From an uncultured Alphaproteobacteria bacterium (lineage in GTDB: Bacteria > Pseudomonadota > Alphaproteobacteria > HIMB59 > GCA-002718135): a stretch of DNA of 64,000 nucleotides. The notes beneath the pieces are model-generated. The model saw only the letters and a list, made by a program, of their open reading frames with translations. It had not been told where the DNA came from and did no database searches. The stretch's first letter is position 1. The number at the start of each line of letters is the position of its first letter. Positions 19,722-28,528 of this stretch are shown here, one piece after another. The DNA lies in NCBI GenBank assembly GCA_902560725.1, contig CACEMR010000007.1, positions 1,995-65,994 on the forward strand, written 5' to 3'. A program made the position numbers and the translations under genes.

Positions 19722-20544
19722 TATTTTTTGCTATATCATCAAATTGTTTCAGTTTAATTAATAAATTTTTAACATTTTTTATGTCAATCATGTTTGGTCC
19801 ATCACTAGGTGCATGGTCAGGATCATTATGTGTTTCTAAAAATAAACCAGCAACACCTATAGATATCGCAGCCTTACACAAAGATGGAATATGCTCTCTT
19901 TGACCACCACTTTTATCACCCATTCCTCCAGGTTGCTGAACAGAATGAGTTGCATCAAAAATTATAGGATATTTGTATCTTTTCATAATATCTAATCCTT
20001 TAAAATCATTTATAAGAGTATTATATCCAAAAGATGTTCCTCTTTCTGTAATCATTATATTTTTATTACTTGTAGTTTCTATTTTAACAAAAATATTATT
20101 AACGTCACTTGGTGATAAAAATTGTCCTTTTTTAACATTGATTATTTTTTTTGTTCTACCGGCAGCTAACAATAAATCTGTTTGACGACATAAAAAGGCA
20201 GGAATTTGTAATATATCAATAGTGCTATCTTGATTTAATTGATTACACTGATCTTCATTATGAACATCAGTTAATATTGGCAAATTGAAATGATTTTTAA
20301 TCTTTTCAAATATTTTTATAGCTTGATCAAGTGTAACTCCTCTGTCACTATTGATACTTGATCGATTAGCTTTATCAAAACTAGATTTAAAAATTAAATT
20401 AATGCCAATACTGTCACAAATTTTAAGCAGCTCCTCAGCAATCATTAATGAATGACTTTCATTTTCTATAACGCATGGACCGGCAATTAGGACAAATGGT
20501 TTATCATTTGATATAGAAAAATTTTTAAGATTAATATTTATCAT
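19714..20544 (-). CDS. kdsA: KDO8P synthase
   Basis: [46 protein letters not shown]. Confidence 0.98.
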   Translation of the reverse strand: MININLKNFSISNDKPFVLIAGPCVIENESHSLMIAEELLKICDSIGINLIFKSSFDKANRSSINSDRGVTLDQAIKIFEKIKNHFNLPILTDVHNEDQCNQLNQDSTIDILQIPAFLCRQTDLLLAAGRTKKIINVKKGQFLSPSDVNNIFVKIETTSNKNIMITERGTSFGYNTLINDFKGLDIMKRYKYPIIFDATHSVQQPGGMGDKSGGQREHIPSLCKAAISIGVAGLFLETHNDPDHAPSDGPNMIDIKNVKNLLIKLKQFDDIAKNNA

Positions 20545-22150
20545 TAATTGCTGCCTTTATAAATGATACAAAAAGAGGATGTGGGTCTAGTGGTCTAGAC
20601 TTTAATTCTGGATGGAATTGAACTCCTATAAACCATTTATGATTTTTACTTTCCAATACTTCTGGTAATAATCCATCTGGTGACATACCACTAAAGTAAT
20701 AACCTTTATTTTCAAATCTTGATAGAAATTTTTGATTGACCTCATATCTATGTCTATGCCTTTCACTAATTTTCGAAGTTTTATAAATAGAATAGATTTT
20801 AGAATATTTTTTCAAAACAGCTTTATATGCTCCTAGACGCATAGTGCCACCTTTGTTACTATTTTTATCTCTTTTTTCAATTTTATTTTTATTTACCCAC
20901 TCTGTCATCAAACCAACAACAGATTTTGAGGTTTTCTTAAATTCTGATGAATGAGCGTTTTTAATTTTGAGAACATTTTGTGCTATTTCAATTACAGCAA
21001 GTTGCATACCAAGACAAATACCAAAAAAAGGAATATTATTTTCTCTTGCAAATTTAATTGCATTAATTTTACCATTAATACCTCTAAACCCAAAACCTCC
21101 TGGAATCAGAATTCCATTACTTCCTCTTAATTTTTTCATCAAGTTTAAGTTACTTTCCTTTTCAGAATTTATCCATTGAATATCTACCTCAGTAAAATTT
21201 TCTATTCCTCCGTGCTCTAATGCTTCATTTAATGACTTATAACTATCTTTAAGATTAGTATATTTTCCAACTACTGCAATTTTTACTTTATGTTTTCTAT
21301 TTTTTATTTTTTTTTGTAAATTAATCCACGGTTTTAAATTAAGCTTATGATTTTTTGATTTATAACCTAAATGTTTTAGAAGTGCCTCGTCTAATCCATA
21401 CTTAGAATATAAAGATGGAACCTCGTAAATTGATTCAGCATTTAAGGCTGGTATAACAGACTCTTTTTTTACATTACAAAATAAAGATATTTTAGAAATC
21501 GAATCTCTGTCTATTTGCTGCTCTGATCTGCACATAATTATATCTGGTTGAATACCAGCATTTAGTAGTTCTTTGACAGAATGCTGTGTAGGTTTTGTTT
21601 TTAACTCTCCTGCTGAACTTAAGTATGGAATATATGTCATATGAATTAAAGCAGAAGATATACTTTTATCATTTCTTATTTGTCTAATTGCTTCCAAGAA
21701 TGGAAGAGACTCAATATCTCCAACAGTTCCTCCAATTTCATAAATAACAATATCTTCATTTTTTAAATCACTATTAATAAAAGATTTGATTTCATTTGTA
21801 ACATGAGGAATAACCTGAATTGTTGAGCCTAGATAGTCACCTTTCCTCTCCTTTAAAAGAACATTGGAGTAAATTTTTCCTGATGAAATGCTATCACTAT
21901 TTTTTGCTGACTGATTTGTGAATCTTTCATAATGTCCAAGATCCAAATCTGTTTCTGCCCCATCATCTGTTACATAAACTTCACCATGTTGATATGGGCT
22001 CATGGTTCCTGGGTCTACATTTAAATAAGGATCTAATTTTCTAATTCTAACTTTAAAATTTCTTGATTTTAGAAGAGTGGCTATTGAAGCTGAGGCTATA
22101 CCTTTACCTAAAGATGAAGCTACACCTCCCGTAATAAAAACATAATGCAT
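20531..22150 (-). CDS. pyrG: CTP synthase
   Basis: ITGGVASSLGKG, DPYLNVDPGTM, KTKPTQHSV, GICLGMQ, QFHPE. Confidence 0.99.
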   Translation of the reverse strand: MHYVFITGGVASSLGKGIASASIATLLKSRNFKVRIRKLDPYLNVDPGTMSPYQHGEVYVTDDGAETDLDLGHYERFTNQSAKNSDSISSGKIYSNVLLKERKGDYLGSTIQVIPHVTNEIKSFINSDLKNEDIVIYEIGGTVGDIESLPFLEAIRQIRNDKSISSALIHMTYIPYLSSAGELKTKPTQHSVKELLNAGIQPDIIMCRSEQQIDRDSISKISLFCNVKKESVIPALNAESIYEVPSLYSKYGLDEALLKHLGYKSKNHKLNLKPWINLQKKIKNRKHKVKIAVVGKYTNLKDSYKSLNEALEHGGIENFTEVDIQWINSEKESNLNLMKKLRGSNGILIPGGFGFRGINGKINAIKFARENNIPFFGICLGMQLAVIEIAQNVLKIKNAHSSEFKKTSKSVVGLMTEWVNKNKIEKRDKNSNKGGTMRLGAYKAVLKKYSKIYSIYKTSKISERHRHRYEVNQKFLSRFENKGYYFSGMSPDGLLPEVLESKNHKWFIGVQFHPELKSRPLDPHPLFVSFIKAAINDKY

Positions 22151-22152
22151 TA

Positions 22153-22190
22153 CGGAATACCCTGATACATAAATGAACTCTTTATAGCAA
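22153..22190 (-). promoter_or_regulatory. Putative pyrG sigma70 promoter TTGCTA-N17-TATCAG with T6-C7-C8-G9 start-site region
   Basis: -35 at 22190-22185, exact 17-nt spacer, -10 at 22167-22162, then GGTATTCCGTA-ATG; no Shine-Dalgarno before the ATG. Confidence 0.6.
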
Positions 22191-22201
22191 GAAATAAATT
22201 A

Positions 22202-22504
22202 TTATTCTGGTATTGATGGTTCTTCAGGAAGTGCTTCTTCTTCATTTAGAGAAGGAAGGGATTCTAAGACATTTTTATCAGAACCAATAGAGGCAGTAAT
22301 TGTAAGAACAACACTCATAACCATAAATAAAGTAGCTGTTAGGGCTGTTAATCTTGATAATAGATTGGCAGAACCACGAGCAGACATCATGCCACCAAAT
22401 GTTCCACCTCCTAAACCTAATCCTTCATTATCTGATCCTTGCAAAAGAACGAGTATTACTAAAGCTAAAGCAAGAACTAGTTGAATTACTATTAGAGTTG
22501 TCAT
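22202..22504 (-). CDS. secG: Preprotein translocase subunit SecG
   Basis: VLLQ...GLG, RGSANLLSRLT, two TM helices; tpiA-secG-pyrG synteny. Confidence 0.93.
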   Translation of the reverse strand: MTTLIVIQLVLALALVILVLLQGSDNEGLGLGGGTFGGMMSARGSANLLSRLTALTATLFMVMSVVLTITASIGSDKNVLESLPSLNEEEALPEEPSIPE

Positions 22505-22538
22505 AACTTTTTTGCTTATATTTAATACATTTCAATTA

Positions 22539-23258
22539 TCAAGATATAATTGTATTGAATTCATTAACTTTCAAAGAAGCACCACCTATTAAACATCCAT
22601 CAACATTTTTTATTTGGTTAATATCTGCTGAATTTGAAGATTTTACTGAGCCTCCATATAATATTTTAAATTTATTAAATTTTTTATCAATATTTCTAAT
22701 ATAAGAATGAACCTCATCAATATCATCAAGTGTCGGTGTTAAACCTGTACCAATTGCCCAAATAGGCTCATAAGCAATTATTGTATTTTGATTATTTGAT
22801 ATTGCAGGAATGCTCTCATTAATTTGTTTTAATAGAACATCTTTTGTGATTTTTTTTTCTTTTTCTTCTAAAGTTTCACCTATGCAAACAACAGGAATAA
22901 TTTTGTTTTTAATCAAATTAATTGATTTTAAATTTACTGCTTTATTACTCTCATTAAAATGTTGTCTTCTTTCTGAATGTCCAACAATACAAAATTTAAT
23001 ATTGTTATCATTTAACATTGCTGCTGATATCTCACCAGTATAAGCACCTTCATTGTAAATCGAAACATCTTGCGCACCTGAGAATAAATTAGAGTTATTG
23101 GTTTTAAGTTGATGTAGAAATATATTTGGTGGGCAGACAACTACACAATTATTGTTACTAGGTATCAATTTTTGATAATATTCTTTTATAAATTGAATAT
23201 CTCCATTTAATTTCCAATTTGCTATAAAAATTGAGGAAAAATTGTCAAAATTCATCAT
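22539..23258 (-). CDS. tpiA: Triosephosphate isomerase
   Basis: ANWKLNG, GAYTGE, VGHSERR, AYEPIWAIGTG, YGGSV, LIGGASL. Confidence 0.97.
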   Translation of the reverse strand: MMNFDNFSSIFIANWKLNGDIQFIKEYYQKLIPSNNNCVVVCPPNIFLHQLKTNNSNLFSGAQDVSIYNEGAYTGEISAAMLNDNNIKFCIVGHSERRQHFNESNKAVNLKSINLIKNKIIPVVCIGETLEEKEKKITKDVLLKQINESIPAISNNQNTIIAYEPIWAIGTGLTPTLDDIDEVHSYIRNIDKKFNKFKILYGGSVKSSNSADINQIKNVDGCLIGGASLKVNEFNTIIS

Positions 23259-23307
23259 AATTACTTTTATTTATAGAAGCTAATAATGTAGAAGCAATCG
23301 AAATTTT

Positions 23308-25131
23308 ATGAGAGCGTTAAATAAAGGCTGGATAGGAATAGCTTTAATCATACTTTTTGGAGCAAGCTTGTTCTTTTTTAGAGGATCATCTAGATATTCC
23401 AATTTGTTCAATTCAGATAATTTCGTAGCTAATGTATCTGGAACTTCAATATCTACTACACAGTTCATGAGATCATTGGAAATGAATATAGGACAATTCG
23501 CACAAATGATTGGTGAAGATCTTACTGGGGATCAGATAAGAGCTTTTCAAATTCATCAATTAGTTCTTCAAAATTTAGTTAATAATGCAATTTTTGAAAA
23601 TGAGTTTGATAATAAAAATTATATTCTTGATGATACAACTATAGCAGAAAGAACACAAAAAAGATTTCCAAATTTATATTTAAAAAATAAAATTAATGAT
23701 GATGCATTAAGCAGCTTTCTTAGACAACAAAGATTAAAAATTCAAGATTTAGTTAATATTGTTGATTATGAAACAAGAGCTGAAGTTTTTGATGATTTAT
23801 TTTTTGAAATAAATTATCCTTCTGAATTATCAGAAAAAATCAGCATGATAAATAATCAATCAAGATTGATAGATCTTTTAAAAGTTCCTTATGATAAAAT
23901 TAAACTACAAGATTATAATATTGACAATCTATCAAAAGATAATGCAGAATTAATCTCTTATTTTGAACAAAATAATAATAATTATATAAGTAAAGAAAAA
24001 AGGGATATATCCTATTTAGTTATCAACAAAAAAAATTATGAAGATAATTTTGTTCCAAATCAAAATGAAATAGTTGATTATTTTAATAACAATAAAAAAA
24101 TTTATATAATTCCTGAAAAAAGGAGCTTTAAGCAATTTAATTTTAAAACTCAAGAGGAAGCTGAAGATTTCAAAATAGAAATTACTGGACTCTCAAATGA
24201 TGAGATTTTAAAACTTATATTAGATAAAAATATAAAATTTAATGAATTTAAAGATGTAAATAGCAATCAAGTTTTAGATGAACTATCAGATGTTATTTTT
24301 GCACTAAACATCGGTCAGATATCTGAAATTGTAAACACAACACTTGCACATCATATTATTATTCTTGATAAAATAGATATTGAAAAAGAACCAATGCTAA
24401 ATGATGTATCTGAAAAAATAAAAACAACACTTACAATGGTAAAATTAGACAATTATTTTAATGATTTAAAATCAAATATTAATCAAAAAATTTTAGATGG
24501 TTTTTCAATAATCGAATTATCAAATGAGTATAATTTATCGATAGAAAATATGAACAATGTTGCTCTTGATTCTGAAAATGAAAATAACTTAGAAAAATAT
24601 GTTATAGATTTATCTTTCTCTCAAAACAAAGATTTTATAAGTGATATTTATGATTTTGATGAAAATATATCTTTAATTATAAATGTAGATAATATTTACC
24701 CTTCAAAAGTAGAAGATTTAGAATCAGTATATGAAATAGTATTAAATGATTTTATTAATTCAAAAAAACTAGAATTTTCTCAAAATCTTTTTGATAACAA
24801 TAAAAATGATAATGATTTAATAGCAATAAATTCTATTTTTAATTTAGAAATTGAAGAATTGAATACTAAATTAAATTCAAATGATATATCCTCAATACTT
24901 AATAATAGTATTGTTAATTCTGAATTAAATAAAATTAATTTTTCTTCTGATGAAAAGAACATTTATTTTTTTAAAGTTAAAAAAATTATAATTCCACAAA
25001 ATATTGATAAAAATCAAAATATAAATTTATTGGCTGATTTAAAAAATGCATTCGGCAACGAGATTATTAAGACTAAAAATATTTCATTTAACGATGAATT
25101 AATTAATGGTCTTTTATCTCAATACAAATGA
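23308..25131 (+). CDS. ppiD: PpiD-like periplasmic chaperone (SurA N-terminal domain plus degenerate parvulin domain)
   Basis: N-terminal TM anchor, VANVSGTSIS, EKRDISY and PEKRSF segments; conserved position divergent from tpiA and upstream of trpE. Confidence 0.75.
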   Translation: MRALNKGWIGIALIILFGASLFFFRGSSRYSNLFNSDNFVANVSGTSISTTQFMRSLEMNIGQFAQMIGEDLTGDQIRAFQIHQLVLQNLVNNAIFENEFDNKNYILDDTTIAERTQKRFPNLYLKNKINDDALSSFLRQQRLKIQDLVNIVDYETRAEVFDDLFFEINYPSELSEKISMINNQSRLIDLLKVPYDKIKLQDYNIDNLSKDNAELISYFEQNNNNYISKEKRDISYLVINKKNYEDNFVPNQNEIVDYFNNNKKIYIIPEKRSFKQFNFKTQEEAEDFKIEITGLSNDEILKLILDKNIKFNEFKDVNSNQVLDELSDVIFALNIGQISEIVNTTLAHHIIILDKIDIEKEPMLNDVSEKIKTTLTMVKLDNYFNDLKSNINQKILDGFSIIELSNEYNLSIENMNNVALDSENENNLEKYVIDLSFSQNKDFISDIYDFDENISLIINVDNIYPSKVEDLESVYEIVLNDFINSKKLEFSQNLFDNNKNDNDLIAINSIFNLEIEELNTKLNSNDISSILNNSIVNSELNKINFSSDEKNIYFFKVKKIIIPQNIDKNQNINLLADLKNAFGNEIIKTKNISFNDELINGLLSQYK

Positions 25132-25583
25132 ATATAGAAAAAAAAAAATTTATCTCAAATTATAAAAAAGGTATTCCTCAGCTATTAAAAAAAAATTTAA
25201 TCGCTGATATTGAAACACCCTTTTCATCATTATTAAAAATTAGTAAAAATGAAAAATATTCATTTCTGCTAGAATCTTTTGGTGGTAAAATTATTAAATG
25301 TAAAGAGATAATGCACGGAAAAGTTGACATAATTAATCACTTTGGTCACTCTATATTTAAAAATGTAGAAAAAAAATTTAAAGCAACTAGGTATCACTCT
25401 CTTATAATTGATAAAAAGTCTATGCCTAAAGATTTTGTGATTACTGCTGAAACAAATAATAAGATTATTATGGGTATTGCTCATAAAAAATTACCAATAT
25501 TTGGTCTACAATTTCATCCAGAGAGCATAGGTACTGATACTGGAAAGATTATTTTAAAAAATTTTTTAAACTTAGCTAAATAA
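25128..25583 (+). pseudogene. trpE/trpG: In-frame TrpE(N-terminal 50 aa)::TrpG(C-terminal ~100 aa) deletion fusion
   Basis: Residues 1-50 (YKKGIPQ..LIADIETPFSSLLK..SFLLES) are a TrpE N-terminus. From ES onward (ESFGGKII..MHGK..TRYHSL..GLQFHPES) it is the TrpG C-terminal half. The chorismate-binding domain and the CLGHQ nucleophile motif are absent. Confidence 0.9.
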
Positions 25584-26581
25584 TGAATCATATTTTAATA
25601 TTAAATAAAATTCTAGAAAAACAAGATCTGAATGTTGAAGAGAGTATGCATATATTCAATAAAATTATGAATGGAGAATTAGATGATATTAAAATTACAT
25701 CCATACTCATTGGATTAAAGTTAAAAGGTGAAACAAAAGAAGAAATTATTGGTGCTGCTAAAGTAATGAGAGAGAAATCTCTAAAAATAAATTCTCCACA
25801 GAATACTATTGATACATGTGGAACTGGAGGAGATATGAAAGATACATTAAACATATCTACAAGTGCAGCAATAGTAGCAGCAAGTGCTGGTGTAACTATA
25901 GCAAAGCATGGTAATCGTTCAGTTAGTTCGAAATCAGGTTCCGCAGATATGCTTGAAAAAATTGGTTATAAGATTTCAAGTAATTTAGAAGAATTAGAAA
26001 ATTCACTATCAAAAAAAAATTTTTGTTTTTTATTTGCTCAAAATCACCACTCAGCAATGAAAAACGTAATTAACGTTCGTAAAAATTTAGGTACACGCAC
26101 AATTTTTAATTTATTAGGCCCACTAACTAATCCAGCTGCAGCAAGTAAACAACTTTTAGGTGTTTATTCTAAAGATTTAGTTTCGATACATTGTAATTGC
26201 CTAAGAGATCTAGGTTCTGAAAAAGCTATGGTTGTTCATGGATTAGATGGTTTAGATGAAGTTAGTTTATCTGATAATACTTATATAAATGAATTGAAGG
26301 ATAATAAGGTTTTCGAATATATTTTCGATCCAAGAGAATATGGATATGATTTAATTAAATTAGAAGATATAAAAGGTGGTGATCCAGAATATAATGCTAG
26401 CTGCTTTAATAAAATGATAAACGGTGATTATAAAAAATTCCAAAATATTGTTGAAATTAATGCTGGCGCAGCAATATATTTATCTAATATAGCAAAAAAC
26501 CTAAAAGAAAGTTTTGAATTAGCAAAAAAAGTTATTGAAGAAGGAATTACAAAAGATTTTGTAAACTCATTAATTGAATGA
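25583..26581 (+). CDS. trpD: Anthranilate phosphoribosyltransferase
   Basis: DTCGTGGD, NIST, AKHGNRSVSSKSGSAD, RTIFNLLGPLTNP, GLDE; full length. Confidence 0.97.
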   Translation: MNHILILNKILEKQDLNVEESMHIFNKIMNGELDDIKITSILIGLKLKGETKEEIIGAAKVMREKSLKINSPQNTIDTCGTGGDMKDTLNISTSAAIVAASAGVTIAKHGNRSVSSKSGSADMLEKIGYKISSNLEELENSLSKKNFCFLFAQNHHSAMKNVINVRKNLGTRTIFNLLGPLTNPAAASKQLLGVYSKDLVSIHCNCLRDLGSEKAMVVHGLDGLDEVSLSDNTYINELKDNKVFEYIFDPREYGYDLIKLEDIKGGDPEYNASCFNKMINGDYKKFQNIVEINAGAAIYLSNIAKNLKESFELAKKVIEEGITKDFVNSLIE

Positions 26582-27378
26582 GTAATATACTACAAAAAAT
26601 TTGTGATGATAAATCTAAGGAATTAGAAGAAACAAAAAAAAGATGTTCTTTTAAGACATTAGAAAAATTAATTTCCCCAAAATTAGAAAAACGCGAATTT
26701 AAAGAAATATTAATTTCTGCTCAAAAGAATAAAAAAAATCTTATAATTGGTGAAGTAAAAAAACAAAGTCCAAGTGCCGGTGAAATAATTTCAGATTATA
26801 TCCCTGAAGATATTGCTATTATTTATGAAAGGTCAGGTATTGAAGCATTGTCAATTTTAACAGAAAATAAATATTTTTTAGGTAATATTGACCATTTATC
26901 TTTAGTTAAAAAGAAAACTAATTTACCAATTTTAAGAAAGGATTTTATTATTGATAAATATCAAATTTTAGAAAGTAAAATTTATCAAGCGGATTGTATA
27001 TTATTGATTTTATCAATATTATCAGATGAGCAAGCAATAGATTTTATTAATTTTGCAAATGAATTAAAGTTAGATTGTATAATTGAAGTACATGATGAAG
27101 AAGAACTTAAAAGAGCTATTAAATTAGATTACCCAATAATTGGAATTAATAATAGAAATCTTAAAAATCTTGAAATAAATTTAAATAATTCAATTAATTT
27201 GAATAAAAATTTAACAAATGATTTTATTTTAATTGCAGAAAGTGGCATAAAAACTTCAGATGATATTAAAAAATTCAATTCAGCAGGAATTTATAATTTT
27301 TTAATAGGAGAAAGTTTGTTAAAATCCAAAGATAAAGAAAAAAAAATTGGAGAATTACTTTTAAATGAATCACATTAA
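26578..27378 (+). CDS. trpC: Indole-3-glycerol phosphate synthase
   Basis: EVKKQSPS, LSILTE, LRKDFI, EVH, GINNRNL, AESGI, LIGESL. Confidence 0.96.
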   Translation: MSNILQKICDDKSKELEETKKRCSFKTLEKLISPKLEKREFKEILISAQKNKKNLIIGEVKKQSPSAGEIISDYIPEDIAIIYERSGIEALSILTENKYFLGNIDHLSLVKKKTNLPILRKDFIIDKYQILESKIYQADCILLILSILSDEQAIDFINFANELKLDCIIEVHDEEELKRAIKLDYPIIGINNRNLKNLEINLNNSINLNKNLTNDFILIAESGIKTSDDIKKFNSAGIYNFLIGESLLKSKDKEKKIGELLLNESH

Positions 27379-27820
27379 TAAAAAAGGCAATCCTTATATA
27401 GTTGATGTATCTAATAAAGATATTACAGAACGAATAGCAATTGCTTCTGGTGAAATAAAATTTGATAAACTAACATACAAAAAGATAAACTCTTTTAAAA
27501 CCAAAAAAGGAAACCTAGAAAAGACTGCTATTGTTGCTGGAATAATGGGGGCAAAAGAAACATCTAGATTAATACCTTTGTGTCATAATATTCCTATTAA
27601 TCATATAAATATTGATGTTAAAAAAAATGATAAAGGATTTAGTTTAATTATTAAAAGTACTGTCAAAACTCATTCAACTACTGGTGTAGAAATGGAGGCT
27701 TTAACTGCAGTTACAATTAGTTGTCTTACAATTTATGACATGTGTAAATATTTAAATAAAAAAATTAAAATACAAAATATACATCTTGTTTCAAAAACTG
27801 GTGGTAAATCTAATATATAA
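27365..27820 (+). CDS. moaC: Cyclic pyranopterin monophosphate synthase
   Basis: VDVS.K, LIPLCH, TGVEMEAL, IYDMCK, KTGGKS. Confidence 0.95.
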   Translation: MNHINKKGNPYIVDVSNKDITERIAIASGEIKFDKLTYKKINSFKTKKGNLEKTAIVAGIMGAKETSRLIPLCHNIPINHINIDVKKNDKGFSLIIKSTVKTHSTTGVEMEALTAVTISCLTIYDMCKYLNKKIKIQNIHLVSKTGGKSNI

Positions 27821-27849
27821 CTAATTGAAATATATATATTTTTATATTT

Positions 27850-27864
27850 GTTCTTGTTTTGATC
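27850..27864. promoter_or_regulatory. Degenerate alphaproteobacterial LexA box GTTC-N7-GATC
   Basis: One mismatch to GTTC-N7-GTTC; 5 nt upstream of a perfect box. Confidence 0.55.
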
Positions 27865-27869
27865 TTAAA

Positions 27870-27884
27870 GAACATATATAGAAC
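27870..27884. promoter_or_regulatory. Alphaproteobacterial LexA (SOS) box GAAC-N7-GAAC
   Basis: GAACATATATAGAAC ends 4 nt before the lexA ATG at 27889; matches the established alphaproteobacterial direct-repeat operator. Confidence 0.88.
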
Positions 27885-27888
27885 AATT

Positions 27889-28509
27889 ATGTTAACAAAA
27901 AAACAAAAAGAATTATTTGATTATTTAAAAGAATATATTTCAAATAACCAAATTTCCCCTTCATTTGAAGAAATGAAAGAAGCCGTTAACCTTAAATCTA
28001 AATCTGGGATTCATAGACTTATTTCGAGTCTTGAAGAAAGAGGATTTATTAAACGTTTGAAACATAAAGCTAGGGCAATGGAAATTGTTGATAAAGAAAT
28101 TAAAAATAATATCTCTATAGATAGTATCAATATTCCATTGATAGGTGCAATTGCTGCAGGTGAAGCAATAGAGGCAATAGAAAATACAAATGACTTTATT
28201 TCTGTCCCTGTTTCTATGACTTCTCCAAATGCAAAATACTTTGGATTAAAAGTAAAAGGGTTGTCAATGATTGATGAAGGTATCTTTGATGGAGACATAG
28301 CTGTAATTCGTAAAACTAATAATGTTGAAAATGGTAAAATTGCTGCAATTTTAACTCAAGATAATGAGGTAACTCTTAAAACTATTAAATTTGATAAAGA
28401 TAAAGTTATTTTAATACCAGCAAACCAATCATATCAAACAAAAGAGTATAAAGTTGGTGAAATACAAGTACAAGGTACTTTATCTGGAATTATAAGAAAA
28501 TATATTTAA
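27889..28509 (+). CDS. lexA: SOS repressor LexA
   Basis: MLTKKQ, SPSFEEM, KSKSGIHRL HTH, AG cleavage site (IAAGEA), catalytic Ser (GLSM) and Lys (VTLK). Start moved from the ORF track's 27859 to ATG 27889. Confidence 0.97.
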   Translation: MLTKKQKELFDYLKEYISNNQISPSFEEMKEAVNLKSKSGIHRLISSLEERGFIKRLKHKARAMEIVDKEIKNNISIDSINIPLIGAIAAGEAIEAIENTNDFISVPVSMTSPNAKYFGLKVKGLSMIDEGIFDGDIAVIRKTNNVENGKIAAILTQDNEVTLKTIKFDKDKVILIPANQSYQTKEYKVGEIQVQGTLSGIIRKYI

Positions 28510-28528
28510 TAGTTATCTTTATAAAAAG

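Noticed and set aside
23308-25131. Degenerate parvulin domain and Asn/Ile/Lys-rich low complexity in the PpiD-like protein
   Set aside because: PpiD parvulin domains are known to be inactive, and the composition reflects AT bias; I saw no tandem repeat unit.
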